Assembly: GCF_006345805.1 (NCBI RefSeq)
Contig: NC_042998.1
Span: 81,840,001-81,904,000 of the forward strand
Length of the DNA: 64,000 nt
DNA from: Octopus sinensis
Lineage: Eukaryota
Direction: 5' to 3'
The notes beneath the pieces were generated by a model. That model was not told the DNA's origin and searched no databases. It saw only the letters and a program-made list of their open reading frames with translations. Below are positions 39,548-52,470 of the stretch, in pieces (within the stretch, counting starts at the first letter, position 1; each line of letters opens with the position of its first letter). Position numbers and translations under genes: made by a program.

Positions 39548-42088
39548 AAAGTCCTAAAATAAACCGGAAATAATACTACCAGTACCATAAACTAAGAACT
39601 TCCTCTTTAAGAGCACGTGTATTTGAAAATGTTTAATGAAAGCGCTCACAAACCAGAAATATGCTCCCCCTAAAAACAGGTTAGTAACATCATTTCCTTT
39701 TCAAATTTTAACACTTCTCAATAAATTTAATACTAACCATTGTCATATAGTCATAGCATGAATTTTCTTGATCTTTGACTCCTGCTAACTTGACAAATCC
39801 TATGTTTCCTAAATGCTTAAAAAATATATATATTTAAATACCTTTGCAGTCCGTCTGCATCCATCCATTTTGAAAAATTGTAAGTTTCTGTGAGTAGGAA
39901 CGTATGGTGTCCCTTTAAAATCAAGTATTTCCTTCTGCTTTGTTACTTTTTTTCTTTATTATTTGATTTTTATCATCATATTCTATCATCTACTAACGTC
40001 AGTGGATATCATCTGACAGTCAGTGTATCCTTACGTTCTTAAAGTAGCACGTCACAGGTGTTTACGTCTAATACAACTGTGCACATCCTTTTGGCTAAAT
40101 TAAATGAAATATTTGTTCTAGTGTTCTCAGGGTAGCTTGAAGAAAAGAAGAAATATATTATTTTGAATAACTTTAGAACTTATATCTGTCTCAAATCGAT
40201 TGTTGCCGTTCATTACTGAAATGTCTAAAAATGGTAGTTTCAATTGCCTTCATTCCATTGTGAATTGAATTTCGTAATTTAATTTTGGAACAAGAATTAT
40301 CTGGTGTTTTATTCCTACTTTTTTGCTTAACAATAGTCTCTTCTGTGCCTAACAATTCATCATAATTATTCTTGTCAAGTAATTTTCTTCGAGCCTCACG
40401 CTACAGTTCTGAAAGCCGTTTTTAATTTCCTTACAATTATATATAAGGTATATTTTATTTTGGTATCTTTTGTTGGTATACTGAGTTGCTACGTGGCATT
40501 TCTTAGTTTTGTTTTAAGTATATATTCTATTTCAATTGGGTTTTTTTTACAGCTTATTTAGTCGCTCAAGGTATCTCTGTTCGTCTGAACATGTTCTAAA
40601 AAGCAGTTACCTTAATTGCGTAGTTTAAAATTGTTGGCATTTCTACCTCCACTCCTACAGCTTCGAGTGTGATTTTTGCTGTCTAAAATTATTAAAAGTA
40701 CTTTTGGATTCTATCTTTAGACGACAATCAATGTTTTTCTTTCTTTCAATTTGTGGTTTTTAAAATATTTCAACACGTCTCACTCATTGATGAGAAAACG
40801 CTGACAATTTTGTACTGAAAATCATTTCTTCTCTCTGATACATTTCTAATACATAGGTTGCTCCTGGTTATCGATTTAAAACAATTTACTTTAACATTTG
40901 AAATCGATCTTACGTCATACAGTCATGCTTAACCTGTATGACGTCATACAGTCATGCTTACGTCATACAGTCTTACGTCATACAGTCATGCTTACCTGTT
41001 AAGGTATTCACTTATGTTTTCACAATCGAAGGCAGTTGGAATTGTTTTATTTTTAATTCAAGCTCTTAGATGTGGAGCCTATTTTGTTTTAGGCCCTCAA
41101 TGTTGAAGATAGTTCGATTCTTTAGGTTAATACTTCTCCTTCCACAGCTTTGAAATATTTTCGGAAAGTAATACTTTCGCCATTTCAATGAATGCCATGT
41201 TCATTCATCCATCAATCGATTTGAACTTTGGATCATGTTCTCAAATTTTCGCATTTTTATTTCCGAATCCATTCGTCTGATCACAAATTGCCCTAATACG
41301 CATTTGTCGTTCAAATTTTTTGGGAATTTTTTTCTTAATAATTTTTGTGGAAGAACTACCGCTGCTGAGTTCGGCCAACGTTCACATACTTCTACTTCAT
41401 TGTTATTTATAATCATGCTCCAAAATGGAAAAATTCTTGAGATGTATTTGTGCATTTGTGGCCATATTGTTTTTCAGTTGAATACATTGATCTTCGTACA
41501 TTTTCATTATGCCCATTGTCGCTTTGCTCCTTGCTCAGATGTCTTAGTATTTATCATGTATAACTGCTGAAAATTTAGATGGATCTGAGGTGTATTTCCT
41601 TCCTTTCGTGTTTCATGTAATTTATGCATTATCACAATGCAACGCGAATTTATTTTGATTTTTAAGAATATCCAGATATGTCTGTGTCCCATGAGTCAAA
41701 TTATATTAAAGATGTGGAATACAATTATTATGATAAATGTTTATGATAGACAATCGAAACGTGCATTATGGCATTTACTGAATCAGTATTTCAGGAAGTA
41801 TTGAAATTTCCTTTTTATTTGGAAACTATTTCTATATTATTTAATTCAGGAATCTGTTAACCTATCAGCTGAGTTTTTGAGGATTACTTAATAAAGTTTC
41901 TAAAGAAATTATTAAAAAATAAAATGTCATGAAAATGAGAACGTTACTAACCTGTTGTGGGGCGGAGAATTTTTCTGGTGTGCGAGCTCTTTCATTAAAC
42001 ATTTTCGAACACACGTGCTCTTAAAGTAACAGTTGTTAGTTTTGTGGTAGTGGTTGTATTAATTCCGGTTTATTTTGGGACTTTGGGT
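39548..42088. mobile_element. Putative ~2.5-kb DNA transposon relic bounded by ~150-bp imperfect inverted repeats
   Basis: 39548-39697 and 41925-42088 are inverted copies (~80% by eye). The interior holds a decayed minus-strand frame (..AKI*EHDPKFKSIDG*MN..) weakly like the pogo/CENP-B FKASxGW region. Confidence 0.5.
39697..39825 (+). repeat. Dispersed ~130-bp repeat, second copy at 56672-56804
   Basis: aaattttaacacttct...tagcatgaatttt.ttgatc.ttgactc.tgctaacttg...atgtttccta is present in both places. Confidence 0.7.
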
Positions 42089-42104
42089 TTTGGTCATATA
42101 TATA

Positions 42105-42400
42105 TATAATACAAAAGGGGACAATAAAACATCCAGATAGACGATACAAAGAAAACAAGGACGGGTCATTGGAAGTTTTCTTTCCGCAGTCAAGTATCAG
42201 ATTATCTTCGCAATTTTGGCTGATTATGCTTGAGATTGCTCCAATCTGCCCAACCCCAGCCTAGGAAAAACTAAGCTAAGAACATTAAATTTCTTGGAAG
42301 AAAGCAGCAAATTTATACAAAAAAGGACAGAAAAAACAGTGTTACACAAATACAGTAAAATTAATAAAAGGACATAACAACAGGTGTCTTTCGACTAAGG
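42105..42400. repeat. Dispersed repeat (possibly a Penelope pLTR piece), second copy at ~51985-52300
   Basis: ggacggg.catt.gaag...cagtcaag...gcaattt.ggctgatta..cttgagattgctcc...ggaagaaagc is shared (~70% by eye). Confidence 0.6.
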
Positions 42401-42825
42401 ACGAATTAAATTAAGCTTGTGTGTGTGGAAATGAAGTCTTACGGCAGGGATAAGAGATTTCACAAACACAGGAGGAATATCGATGTTGCACAGACAACGG
42501 CCAGACCAGGAAAGAAAGATGAGGCTTGGCACGTGGGAAGAGAAGAAAGAGAAGTAGAAGCAGAGTACAGAAGAATTAAGGAGAGGCGGGAAAAATGACA
42601 GGGACACAGTGAAGTGAAAAGTGGAGGGATAGTGAGCAACAAGATAAGGCAAAGAAACGTGAGAGCGGGGACGAAAGAAAGAAGAGTGGAATAAACTAAT
42701 AATCATGAACGGACTGATAGACAGAAATATAGTCGTACAAGATTTACAAAAATGTATACTTACATATAAGAGAACAACACACACACACATGTATACTTAC
42801 ATACATGTAAATATGTATGCATATC

Positions 42826-43060
42826 GGGGAGCATCACAAAGTGGTTAGGATGGTCCCCTCGCGATCGCAATAGCACGATGTTAATTCCTGAACCGGGTTG
42901 TGCGTTGCATTCATCCGCAAAAAAATTCATCTCACGCTGCTCTGCGATCACTTCGACACCCGAGGTGAGGCACGATGAGCACCTGTTCAGCCAGCGTTGA
43001 TTTGATATAGGGAGTGAGCAAATGTACAGCACATATATTTGATCACTATAAACTATTCAT
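42826..43060 (+). mobile_element. Degenerate tRNA-derived SINE (another family)
   Basis: agtggttaggatgg A-box-like and gttaattcctg B-box-like head, followed by a body unlike families A-C. Confidence 0.55.
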
Positions 43061-43271
43061 TTCTGAAGGTGTTGAAGGAGATGTAAAAAAGTGGAGTATA
43101 TGAAAATATAGAGGATGAGGATTTATATATTATTGTATCAATGATGGTTTTATGCATGGGTGCTTTATTTGGAGGATTTATGTTACAAAATATTTTTTAA
43201 ATTTTATGTTGTTTTCGATGGGAGATTCCATCATGTATGTTTATATATCTCACTCTCTTTCACTCCCCCCC

Positions 43272-43318
<47 letters not shown>

Positions 43319-43687
43319 GAAGAAAATGCTGACAAAATAATTTAAGTAAGGGAGAGTGTATTTAATTAGGTGAAAGTTCTTTTTACCGGTTGCGCATTTG
43401 TTATGCTTATCAAAAGATATTTTTTAAAGAGAGATAGAGTTCCTTTCTGATAGATTTTTTTTCTATTATCTGACTTTATGTTGCGTTTGCTGTCTCTTAT
43501 ATGTGAAAAAAGAGGCTCCAGAATTGTTTAAGATTTGCTTAGTTTTGCGCCTAAAATTTCTTGTGGACAATGGTCAATACAATTTTGATTGGTCATTATA
43601 AAGGGGTCACGTGAATGTTTGAATGGAAGTTGGTGTTGGGGTAAGAAAATAGGCTCCAGAGAACTCGTGTTCCACATCTCCTTTTTG

Positions 43688-43738
<51 letters not shown>

Positions 43739-44571
43739 AAGAGAGAGATAGAGATAGAGCGAAATAGATAACTAGATAGATTGATAAATAGGTAGACGAC
43801 ATATTTCACATCAGCAAGTTTAATTACACTTAAGCAGCGAATTAACAAGGATTTAAGGACATTTAACAAAAACAAAAGCGGACAAAAGTGAAATGCAAAT
43901 TAAAATTGATTAAAACAATGTAATATAAGGAAAACTTTATTCTGTGCAATCATCATACGTAAAATCGTATTTAACACCTATTTATAATAAAAACCATAAA
44001 ACAGAAGAAATATATATTTTTTTGCAGAAGAAATATATAAATGTGGGTTATTTCTAGAGAGGTTGTTTCACTTAGGATTTGCAACTTTCTTTAATTGTTC
44101 TGTTGTATCTTTTTAAACAAATTCTCATATCCCACTAAACTTTGCTTCAGTGTTGGGTGTCTAAACATTTCAAAGGAAACTGGCGAAGGGTGTATTTTTA
44201 ATAATAGAAACAAGATGTAAGCGTGCGGGTAAATATTGGGAAAGTTAGCTCGGTTTATTATCAGCCGAGACGAATATTTATTCAAACCATGTGTGAATTG
44301 TTTAAATCTGATATGGTAATTTTAATTTAAATATTCATAGTAGTATTTCATAAATGCTAGAGGAATTTTATAATGAAAGAAATCATACTAATTCGGAATC
44401 TAAATTTAAACTGCAAATCTTAGCACTTTTCCACCACTATCGTAACTCAGCTGTAAGCTAAACCAAAAACAAATGACAATGTAATCTAAAAATTAAGATA
44501 TTTTTGCTGATTTACTTGAATTGGTTTTCGTTCAGCTTTCATATACAATGAGGAGTAAGGGAAAACGTTAT

Positions 44572-44940
44572 TGGCTCAGTGGTTAGGGCAGCGGCCTTGT
44601 GATCGTAGGATCGCAGTTTCGATTCCAAGACTGGACGTTGGGAGTGTTTATTGAGCGAAAACACTTAAAGCTCCACGACGCTCTTGCAGCTGGTGGTGGT
44701 GGCGAACCTTGCTGTACTCTTTCACCACAACTTTCTATCACTCTTTCTTTCTGTTTCTGTTGTACCTTTATTTGAAAGGGCCAGCCTTATCACACCCTGT
44801 GTCACGCTGAATCTCACCGAGAATTACGTTAAGTGTATAGTGTCTGTGGAGTGCTCAGCCACTTGCACGTTAATTTCACGAGCAGGCTGTTCCGTTGATC
44901 GGATCAGCTGGAACCCTCATGGTCGTAACCGATGGAATGT
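44572..44940 (+). mobile_element. tRNA-derived SINE (family D)
   Basis: tggctcagtggttagggcagcgg...gtttcgattcc head; tail shared with 21925-22090. Confidence 0.85.
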
Positions 44941-45269
44941 CACAATATATATATACATAAGGAAAATAAGACAAGGTAGAAAATACTAAAATAATTTTAT
45001 CATGAAAAACATTTTAGTACCGGTTTCAGACTTGGCGACTTACTATTTCAACTCAGAGTAATGTAGGAAAAACAATTAAATTTGGAAAAATTAAATTACA
45101 TGTTTTAAAAAAATATTTCCATAGTTTTCAAATGCTCGGGGCATTTTCCTTTTTCTACCTGTCTCTGTCTCTCTTTTTTTTTTGTGGGTTCTAGGTAGTT
45201 AGCAGTAGCTAGTTTGATATGAATTCTTGATATTGTTTAAGCAGCAGTAGTAGTAGAGTAAGGAGGTGG

Positions 45270-45327
45270 AGAAGAAGAAGAAGAAGAAGAAGAAGAAGAA
45301 GAAGAAGAAGAAGAAGAAGAAGAAGAA

Positions 45328-45358
<31 letters not shown>

Positions 45359-45366
45359 AAGAAGAA
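45270..45366. repeat. (GAA)n microsatellite
   Basis: Direct reading. Confidence 0.95.
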
Positions 45367-48204
45367 AAGAATAATAAAGATTCGTGAGAGTTATGACAGT
45401 AGCAGGACGTTGGTGGAATCCTCTTAACTGGTCAAGTGGCCTAAATGTGACCTGTCGTGGTTGTAGTGGTAGTGATTGGAATTTTTCTGAATAAATTTAT
45501 GTGAAGTTTCTGTTTTGAATATATCTTTTTCAAATATTTGCGTGTGTGTTATTCTAAGGCCCTGGTGATTAAAGTCATTTGTGGTGGATGCATTCCAAAG
45601 GGGTTTATATTTTGTGATAAAAAAGGACTCTTTATTAATGCGCTGACTACAGGTTGTATCGTCCTTGAATTGATAGAGGGGAAAAATTCTGAAGCTGTGT
45701 TGTTTGTTATTGGCGCAAATGTGGATGTGTTCGCTGAATGCTATTTTTCTGTTTTTCAGAATTTTTATCTGGGATCGGTGCAGAGCCACCCTTTGATGTA
45801 GACTGTTTTGGGGTTTGACCTATGTATTGCTCACGACACCCTGAGCAATTAATACATATATCAGGTTCTCCGAAGCACATGTGAAGTTGCTGTTCACTGT
45901 GAAATGTTGATCCTGTTTGAAAGAGAACTTTGATACCTCAATTAGGTTGACGCATATACCACAGTTAGGACTTCCGCATTTTTTTACTGACGGCTTCATT
46001 TTTGTTGTTGAGCGTATTCGGGCTTGGTTAGGAGATTTTTCATAGATTTGGGCTGTCTTTTGGTCTTTATGATTGTGTGCGTTTGGAGGATTAAATTCAT
46101 TCTGTGGTCCCTTTTTAGTCGGGGAATGTTTTGGAGGATGGTGTCAAAGGCTTCATTGTTGAGAGGGTTGTGTGTGCGGATGTATAGTAGGACTTTTGGT
46201 TGTAGATCCTTCTTTAATTTGGGATGTCTGAGTTCGTGGATGTATAGTTGTAGGGCACGTTGAAAGTATATATATCAACTAGTGATGGGTGGGGGGTAGT
46301 CCCTGGTGATGAGTGTATCTTTTAGTTCATGTAGTCGAAAGTCGCTGGTGCTTGTATAAGAAACTATAGTACAAATCCTTTTTGCCAGGTTGAGTGGGGT
46401 ATTAATTCTAGTATGTCTGGGGTGGCATGATTTGAACGGTAGACATTGCTTGGAATCCGTGGGCTTATAGTATATATCTGTTTCTATTTCGTTGTTACAT
46501 TTCTTAATGTGGATGTCGAGGAAATGAAGTTGTTAACGGTTATATTCCATCGTGAATTGAATGTTTACGTCAAGTCCATTTATAAGAGCTTGAAATTCTG
46601 TAAGTCTCTCTATATTTTCATGCCAAAGACTGAAAAAGTCATCCTGGTATCTCTTCCAGTTATTTTTATGTAGAGGGGGAATGGGCTGCCGTATCTTTCT
46701 AGTACCTTACGATAATGACTGATTTCTAGATATCCCATGACTACCTTAGCAAAGGAGGGGGCCATTCTCTTTCCCATCGCAGTCCCCGATTTTTGTCGAT
46801 AGAAGTTGTCTTTGAAGACAAAGTAGTTATTCTCCAAGATGAATTTTAGCCCTTCTATTACGAATTCTTTTTTGATGCGATGTGGGAGTTCCTTGGCGTA
46901 TTTCTCTAGCAAGAACTGAATTGCCTCTATTCCTAGGCTGTGGTGGGATATTAGAATATAGGTTGACTACATCGAAGGATACTAGTAGGATGTTTCTATT
47001 TATTGTTTTAGGGAGATGATTGAGCATATCCAGGTCGTCCCTTATGTAGCTTTTGATATGCTTAAGAAATGGCTTTAAGAGGGTATCTAAAATGTTACTG
47101 AAGCGGTGGGTTTCGCATGCGGGCCCTGCTATTATAAGTCTCAATTTGAGGTCATTAGGAGTAGGGAGTCATTCTGTGTATATGTGTAACATAGATTTTA
47201 GGTTTCTCATTATTTTCTGCTGACTGTAGTGTTGGACTTTTCCTAATATGTTGTGTCTTCTAATATGGATAGTACTAGAGTGATATAGTATACCGTGTCC
47301 TTTAAGACAACTGCACTCCCTTTATCGGTTTCTTCGATTGTTATTGTTTTATCATCTTTTAATTTGTTCAGCTCAGCCCATTCTTTTTGCTGAAGTTTGG
47401 CTTGTGTTTTTGTTTGCGTATATGTTGATATGGGTAATTCAAGATGTATTCACAAAAATGGTCAAGAGTTTTGTCCTTACTTTTTGAAGTGTGTAGTTAC
47501 TTCTATTTCGGACTAACAATTCGTCCTCGTTGTATTTGTCGTATAGCTCCTCAGCGAGTCGTAATTTTTAACAGAATTCCATGACGTCTTCTTTCATTTC
47601 CTTGTAGCTGGGGCATTGGAGGGGGTGTAAACTTGAGCCCTTTGGAGAGTATAATGATTTACTTTGCTGTTAGTTCTTTGGGAGATTGAGGATTTTTATC
47701 ACTTTTAGTTCCTGTGACAATAAAGCTAAAGCAGTGTGAAATTCCCTGGACATTTATAAATGTACTAGAAATTTCACACTGTTTTGGCTTTGTTGTCTCA
47801 TTATATTTAATAAACACACGCTCAGACACGACCCGTGTTAGATTCATCACTCATACTATTATCAAATGAAGTCTAACTGCGGTCTTTCCGTAACTCTTAC
47901 ACAGGCTTTTGGGTCTTATTGATACTCAAACCCCTCATATATATATATTCATTCATATATACATACATAAATACATACATACATACATACATACACACAT
48001 ACATATATATATATGTGTGTGTGTGTGAGTGTGTGTGTATACGACAAACGATATATACACCTCAGCTTTAAAATAACACAAATACACACGCAAATATTAC
48101 ATTCCAAAGAATCCGTTATAAATCAGCCCCAATCACAGCTATAACCCATAACGTGCCAACTTCAAGTCATACAACACCTCACTACTTCCACTCATTCATA
48201 TTCT

Positions 48205-48250
48205 CCCTTCTCTTTCTTCTTCTTCTTCCTCTTCATCATCATCATCTTCG

Positions 48251-48281
<31 letters not shown>

Positions 48282-48318
48282 CTTCTTCTTCTTCTTCTTC
48301 TTCATCATCAACATCGTC

Positions 48319-48350
<32 letters not shown>

Positions 48351-48445
48351 CTTCTTCTTCTTCTTCTTCATCATCAACATCGTCATCATCATCATCACCA
48401 TCATCACCATCATCATCATCTTCTTCTTCTTCTTCTTCTTCTTCT
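48205..48445. repeat. Compound (CAT)n/(CTT)n array with a higher-order repeat
   Basis: The block catcatcaacatcgtcatcatcatcatcaccatc recurs about every 66 bp. Confidence 0.85.
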
Positions 48446-48814
48446 GCTCCACCTTCTACTTCTTAACTTTATCACTAATGCTTTTTAGTATAACACCTAC
48501 GCAAATTCTATAAACAAACCTTTCAATAGAAATATTCTCATGAATTGAACTGCAACTGCTAGCCGCCACTGACCATTCAAAATACCACAATCAAGGCACT
48601 CCCAAATTTTCCCACCCCTTCTCCTCATCATCCTTCTCCTTCTTCTTCTTCTACCCTACCAAGAATTCACAACGACCTCGAACCCACAAGTGTAAACAAG
48701 AGAGACAGAGAAAGGCAGAAACAAGGAAAATGCCACTTATATTTAAACACTATACAAATATTCCTTTAAAAAAACTTTTCTTTTAATTTTTCTAAATTTA
48801 ATTATTTAATCGTT

Positions 48815-48862
48815 ACAGTTGAAAAGGTCTGAAAATGACCGAAACCGGTACTGAAATTTTCT
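48815..48862 (+). ncRNA. Degenerate hammerhead motif in the Penelope terminal repeat (probably inactive)
   Basis: cag TTGAAAA ggtc-tgaaaat-gacc GAAA CCGG TA ctg. Stems I, II and III are readable, but the core CTGAAGA carries two substitutions. Confidence 0.45.
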
Positions 48863-48901
48863 TTATAAAATTAATTTAGCATTTTCTATCTTGACTTGTT
48901 T

Positions 48902-48958
<57 letters not shown>

Positions 48959-50002
48959 GCATGTATGTATGTATGTATGTATGTATATATAACACTTATA
49001 GAGTCGAAAGTATATCTTTATTATTAAGGATTCATTAAGTTGGGTAATGGTCCTCGCAGAATCAACAGAGCGTATTTCTTCTGGTCTTTTACATTCTGGT
49101 TTGAGATCCTTTGTGATTAATTGAATGTTTATCTTTGTGGGGGTCGATGAAATAAAGTACAATTTAACTACTGAAGGTCTATGGTGTAGACTAATTCCCT
49201 ACTTTCGAAATTGCTGGTATTGTGCCGAAATCAAAGCCATTAATGTGAATCCGTATCAATGATCTGTTTAAATTATGTAAAGGTTAAGTTTATTGAATAG
49301 AATTAACGCTTTACATCCTTTTAAAATTATTTCCTATTACTAATTAACAAAATATTCTAGAAATACTTTATTGAAATAAATAATAATATAAGTAAAAGAT
49401 TCCAGAATTACAAGTAAATATTTTATAAATTTTCCTGTGATGAAATACCAAGCGATATGACCTATTAGAGTAACGCTCAGTGTTAGATTAGTTTAATTCA
49501 AATATTCATAAGGCTGGTATATAGTTATTAAAATTCTTAGCACTGAGGGAAGCGGAATCATTTTAATAATATTTTCTTGGTGTCTTTAAGATTGAAACAT
49601 CTTTTTATAGAGTTTCCATGGACATCCAAGTTGCAAAAATATCATAAAATCGTGCGTTGAATAATATACATGCAATTACAATGTACTCATGCATCTTCTA
49701 ATACAATTCTAAAATTACAATACATGATTATGCACACACATGCATACATACATATATACGCACACACACATACATGTGGATACACGGATCACCTTCACTT
49801 TCGGCTAGGATGATTCAAGAGTGCAATCAACTGAATTATTTGAGCATTGAAATGTAACTGGCCAGTCCACAAACACGCACACTATTAGCATATCTTGGAT
49901 TAAAAAGAAACAACAAAGTCACACGCATATATATAGGTTGTCAAGAACTGTTTACCATTGTATGTAAATGCTTTCGGAGTTTAACCATGTATATCGTTAC
50001 AC

Positions 50003-50147
50003 ATTTACTCTCTTACTTGTTTCAGTCATTTGACTGTGGCCATGTTGGAGTACCACCTTTAGTCGAGCAAATCGACCCCAGGATATAGTCTTTGTAAGCC
50101 TAGTACTTATTCTTTTGCCGAACCGCTAAGTTACGGTGACGAAAAGA
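50003..50147 (-). mobile_element. SINE family B, 3' part
   Basis: acttgtttcagtcatttgactgtggccatgttggagtaccacctttagtcgagc. Confidence 0.85.
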
Positions 50148-50264
50148 CAAAATAATCACAAAAAGCACAAACCTGCTGTGCAAAAGAAATGAGAAATTGT
50201 CACGTTGCGAACTCAGAAATAAATTATCTAAACAGAGCAAAACAAGGATACTTGTGCATTTGCA

Positions 50265-50590
50265 TACACACACACACACACGCGCTCGCGTGCAAACACA
50301 TAGACATACACACGCACACACATAGACATACACACACACACGCACACACGCGCGCACACTCATACATACACATACATATGCAAACACACACACGCACACA
50401 CAGATACACACACACATGCACACACTCACGTAAATAGACACACAGTCGCACACGCGCACGCACACACACATACACAGAACAAAACAATGCCACTCACGCA
50501 TTTGCACACACGCGCTCAAACACACATACAAATACAAACACACACACACTCACACACATACACATTCTTTCTCTCTCTCTCTCTCTCATA
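50265..50590. repeat. Degenerate (CA)n/(CG) array ending in (CT)n
   Basis: Direct reading. Confidence 0.9.
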
Positions 50591-50781
50591 CAGGAACGAT
50601 GTTGTCAATGAGTCGATCCCCAAGCAGTCACTCCAAATTTGACATATTACGCACCACATACTCCCAAAGACACAAATAAAATCACGTCTTGGTCAAAATC
50701 TCTCATCACACACAAACACATATGGAAATTATTTATATTATTTACAATTGACGGATATCTGTCCTTATCTTATTTGTTGTT

Positions 50782-50827
50782 AATGCAATGTTTCGGCTGA
50801 TATACCCTCCCGCCTTCATCAGCTGTC
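50782..50827 (-). ncRNA. Hammerhead motif, core intact but stems I and III eroded
   Basis: gacag CTGATGA a ggcgg-gagggtatat-cagcc GAAA CA TT gcatt. The partner arm gives gacac...GGCTG..CAGCC..AAA CG TT gtgtt; together they reconstruct a complete motif. Confidence 0.5.
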
Positions 50828-50876
50828 TTCTGGAAAACTTTCGAACCTGGGTTCTCATTCCTAAGGTATTTTTTTA

Positions 50877-50916
<40 letters not shown>

Positions 50917-50919
50917 TTT

Positions 50920-51246
50920 TTATTTCCTTTTTGCCCACTGGGAACTAAACGAAAGGATGAAAAGCAAAGTCGACTTCGGCCGAATTTGAACTCAGAACGT
51001 AAAGACAGACGAAATACCTATTTCTTTACTACCCACAAGGAGCTAAACACAGAGAGGACAAACAAGGACGGACAAACGGATTAAGTCGATTATATCGACC
51101 CCAGTGCGTAACTGGTACTTATTTAATCGACCCCAAAAGGATGAAAGGCAGAGTCGACCTCGGCGGAATTTGAACTCAGGTCGTAGGGGCAGACGAAATA
51201 CCGTTAAGCATTTCGCCCGGCTTGCTAACGTTTCAGCCAGCCCGCC
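50920..51246 (-). mobile_element. Dimeric SINE, second copy (second unit internally deleted)
   Basis: Same junction and same 5' flank (cccgcc|aataataataacatcgaa) as 24936-25351. Confidence 0.85.
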
Positions 51247-52470
51247 AATAATAATAACATCGAAAAGTACCTTAGGAATAAGAACCCAGATTCGAAATTT
51301 TCCCAAGACACCTGATAAGGGCTGGAGGGTATATCAGCCCAAACGTTGTGTTAACAACAAACAAGATGAGGACAAATATCTGTCAAATGAAAATAATGTA
51401 AATAATGTAAATAATTCCTCATCTCTTAAATATAGAACTGCATATGGAAATATACTAAACATGTATCCAACTAAAAATTGATATCACGAATGTAATGAAA
51501 CATAAATTTTGCCTCTACATATACTGAAATATTTTGAAGCACTTGAGTCTTGGATAAATCACAAGCATAGAAATACATCAAAACCAACCAGAAAAAAAGA
51601 TAAAACGCCATTCCTAATATGAGGGTCTATACAATGTAATAAATCCGACTCTCCAAAAGAAATAAATGTTTTTCATAAACAAATATTGTCTCGTTTTCGG
51701 ATTTGGTTTGCAAGATTCTTTATGTGAGTTCGTGTGTTGAAGCATATTCTGTTGTGTCTGGCGAGAGTAATTCACCTTTAGTGCCTTATAATTTACCGGT
51801 TGCAAGACGCAACGAACATTTTAGGAAAATAAATAAGTAAATGAGTGGTTAGCGTGAAAAAAAACCTCATAAGGGAAAAATTTATTATTCCCTTTAAATA
51901 TATTTATTTATATTAAGGGCATTATTATACATAAATGCCTTTAATATATATATATATATATAAATAAATATATATATATATATAGGTAAACAGTAAAATT
52001 AATTACAGACATGGACAAGAACATGAAACACCACAGAGACGACACAAGAACCACAGGACGGGACATTCGAAGCCCTCAGTCATCAGTCAAGAACCAGATC
52101 ATCTTAGCAATTTCGGCTGATTAATCTTGAGATTGCTCCGATATTGCCAGCCCGCCAAGGGAAATCTAAGCCAAGCGCATTAGATCCCCTGGAAGAAAGC
52201 TTCGAATGTATACAACGAAAGGACGGAAAACGATCGAAGTACACAAACAAAATACAGAATACGTGACACCAATAAGAATACAAAAACGTAAAAACAATAA
52301 CGGTAAAAATAAAAAATATATATATATATATTATATATATATATATATTATATATATATATATAACTAATAACAAAATAAGGTATTTTATATCTTTTATT
52401 GTGTTTCTTGTTTCTACCTATTAGAGTAACTTCCTTTTTATTCATCGGTTTTCATAGCGTCTGTTGCCAT

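Larger units (their letters stand above)
44985..48905 (-). mobile_element. Penelope-like element (RT + GIY-YIG, decayed) with inverted terminal segments
   Basis: Minus strand: RLIIAGP, LVSFDVVNLYSNIP, YRQKSGTAMG..MAP, ENLIYVL..CSGCREQYIGQT (~45420-47870). 44985-45240 and 48650-48905 are inverted copies. Confidence 0.9.
50724..51420. mobile_element. Inverted pair of ~150-bp hammerhead-bearing repeats enclosing a dimeric SINE
   Basis: Arms 50724-50874 and 51263-51420 are inverted copies. Hammerhead remnants at 50782-50827 (-) and 51307-51352 (+). Confidence 0.75.

Noticed and set aside
48153-48488. Poly-His/poly-Leu ORF and the antisense poly-Met/Lys ORF
   Set aside because: Both come from a (CAT)/(CTT) array inside a Penelope terminal repeat; there is no other coding signal.
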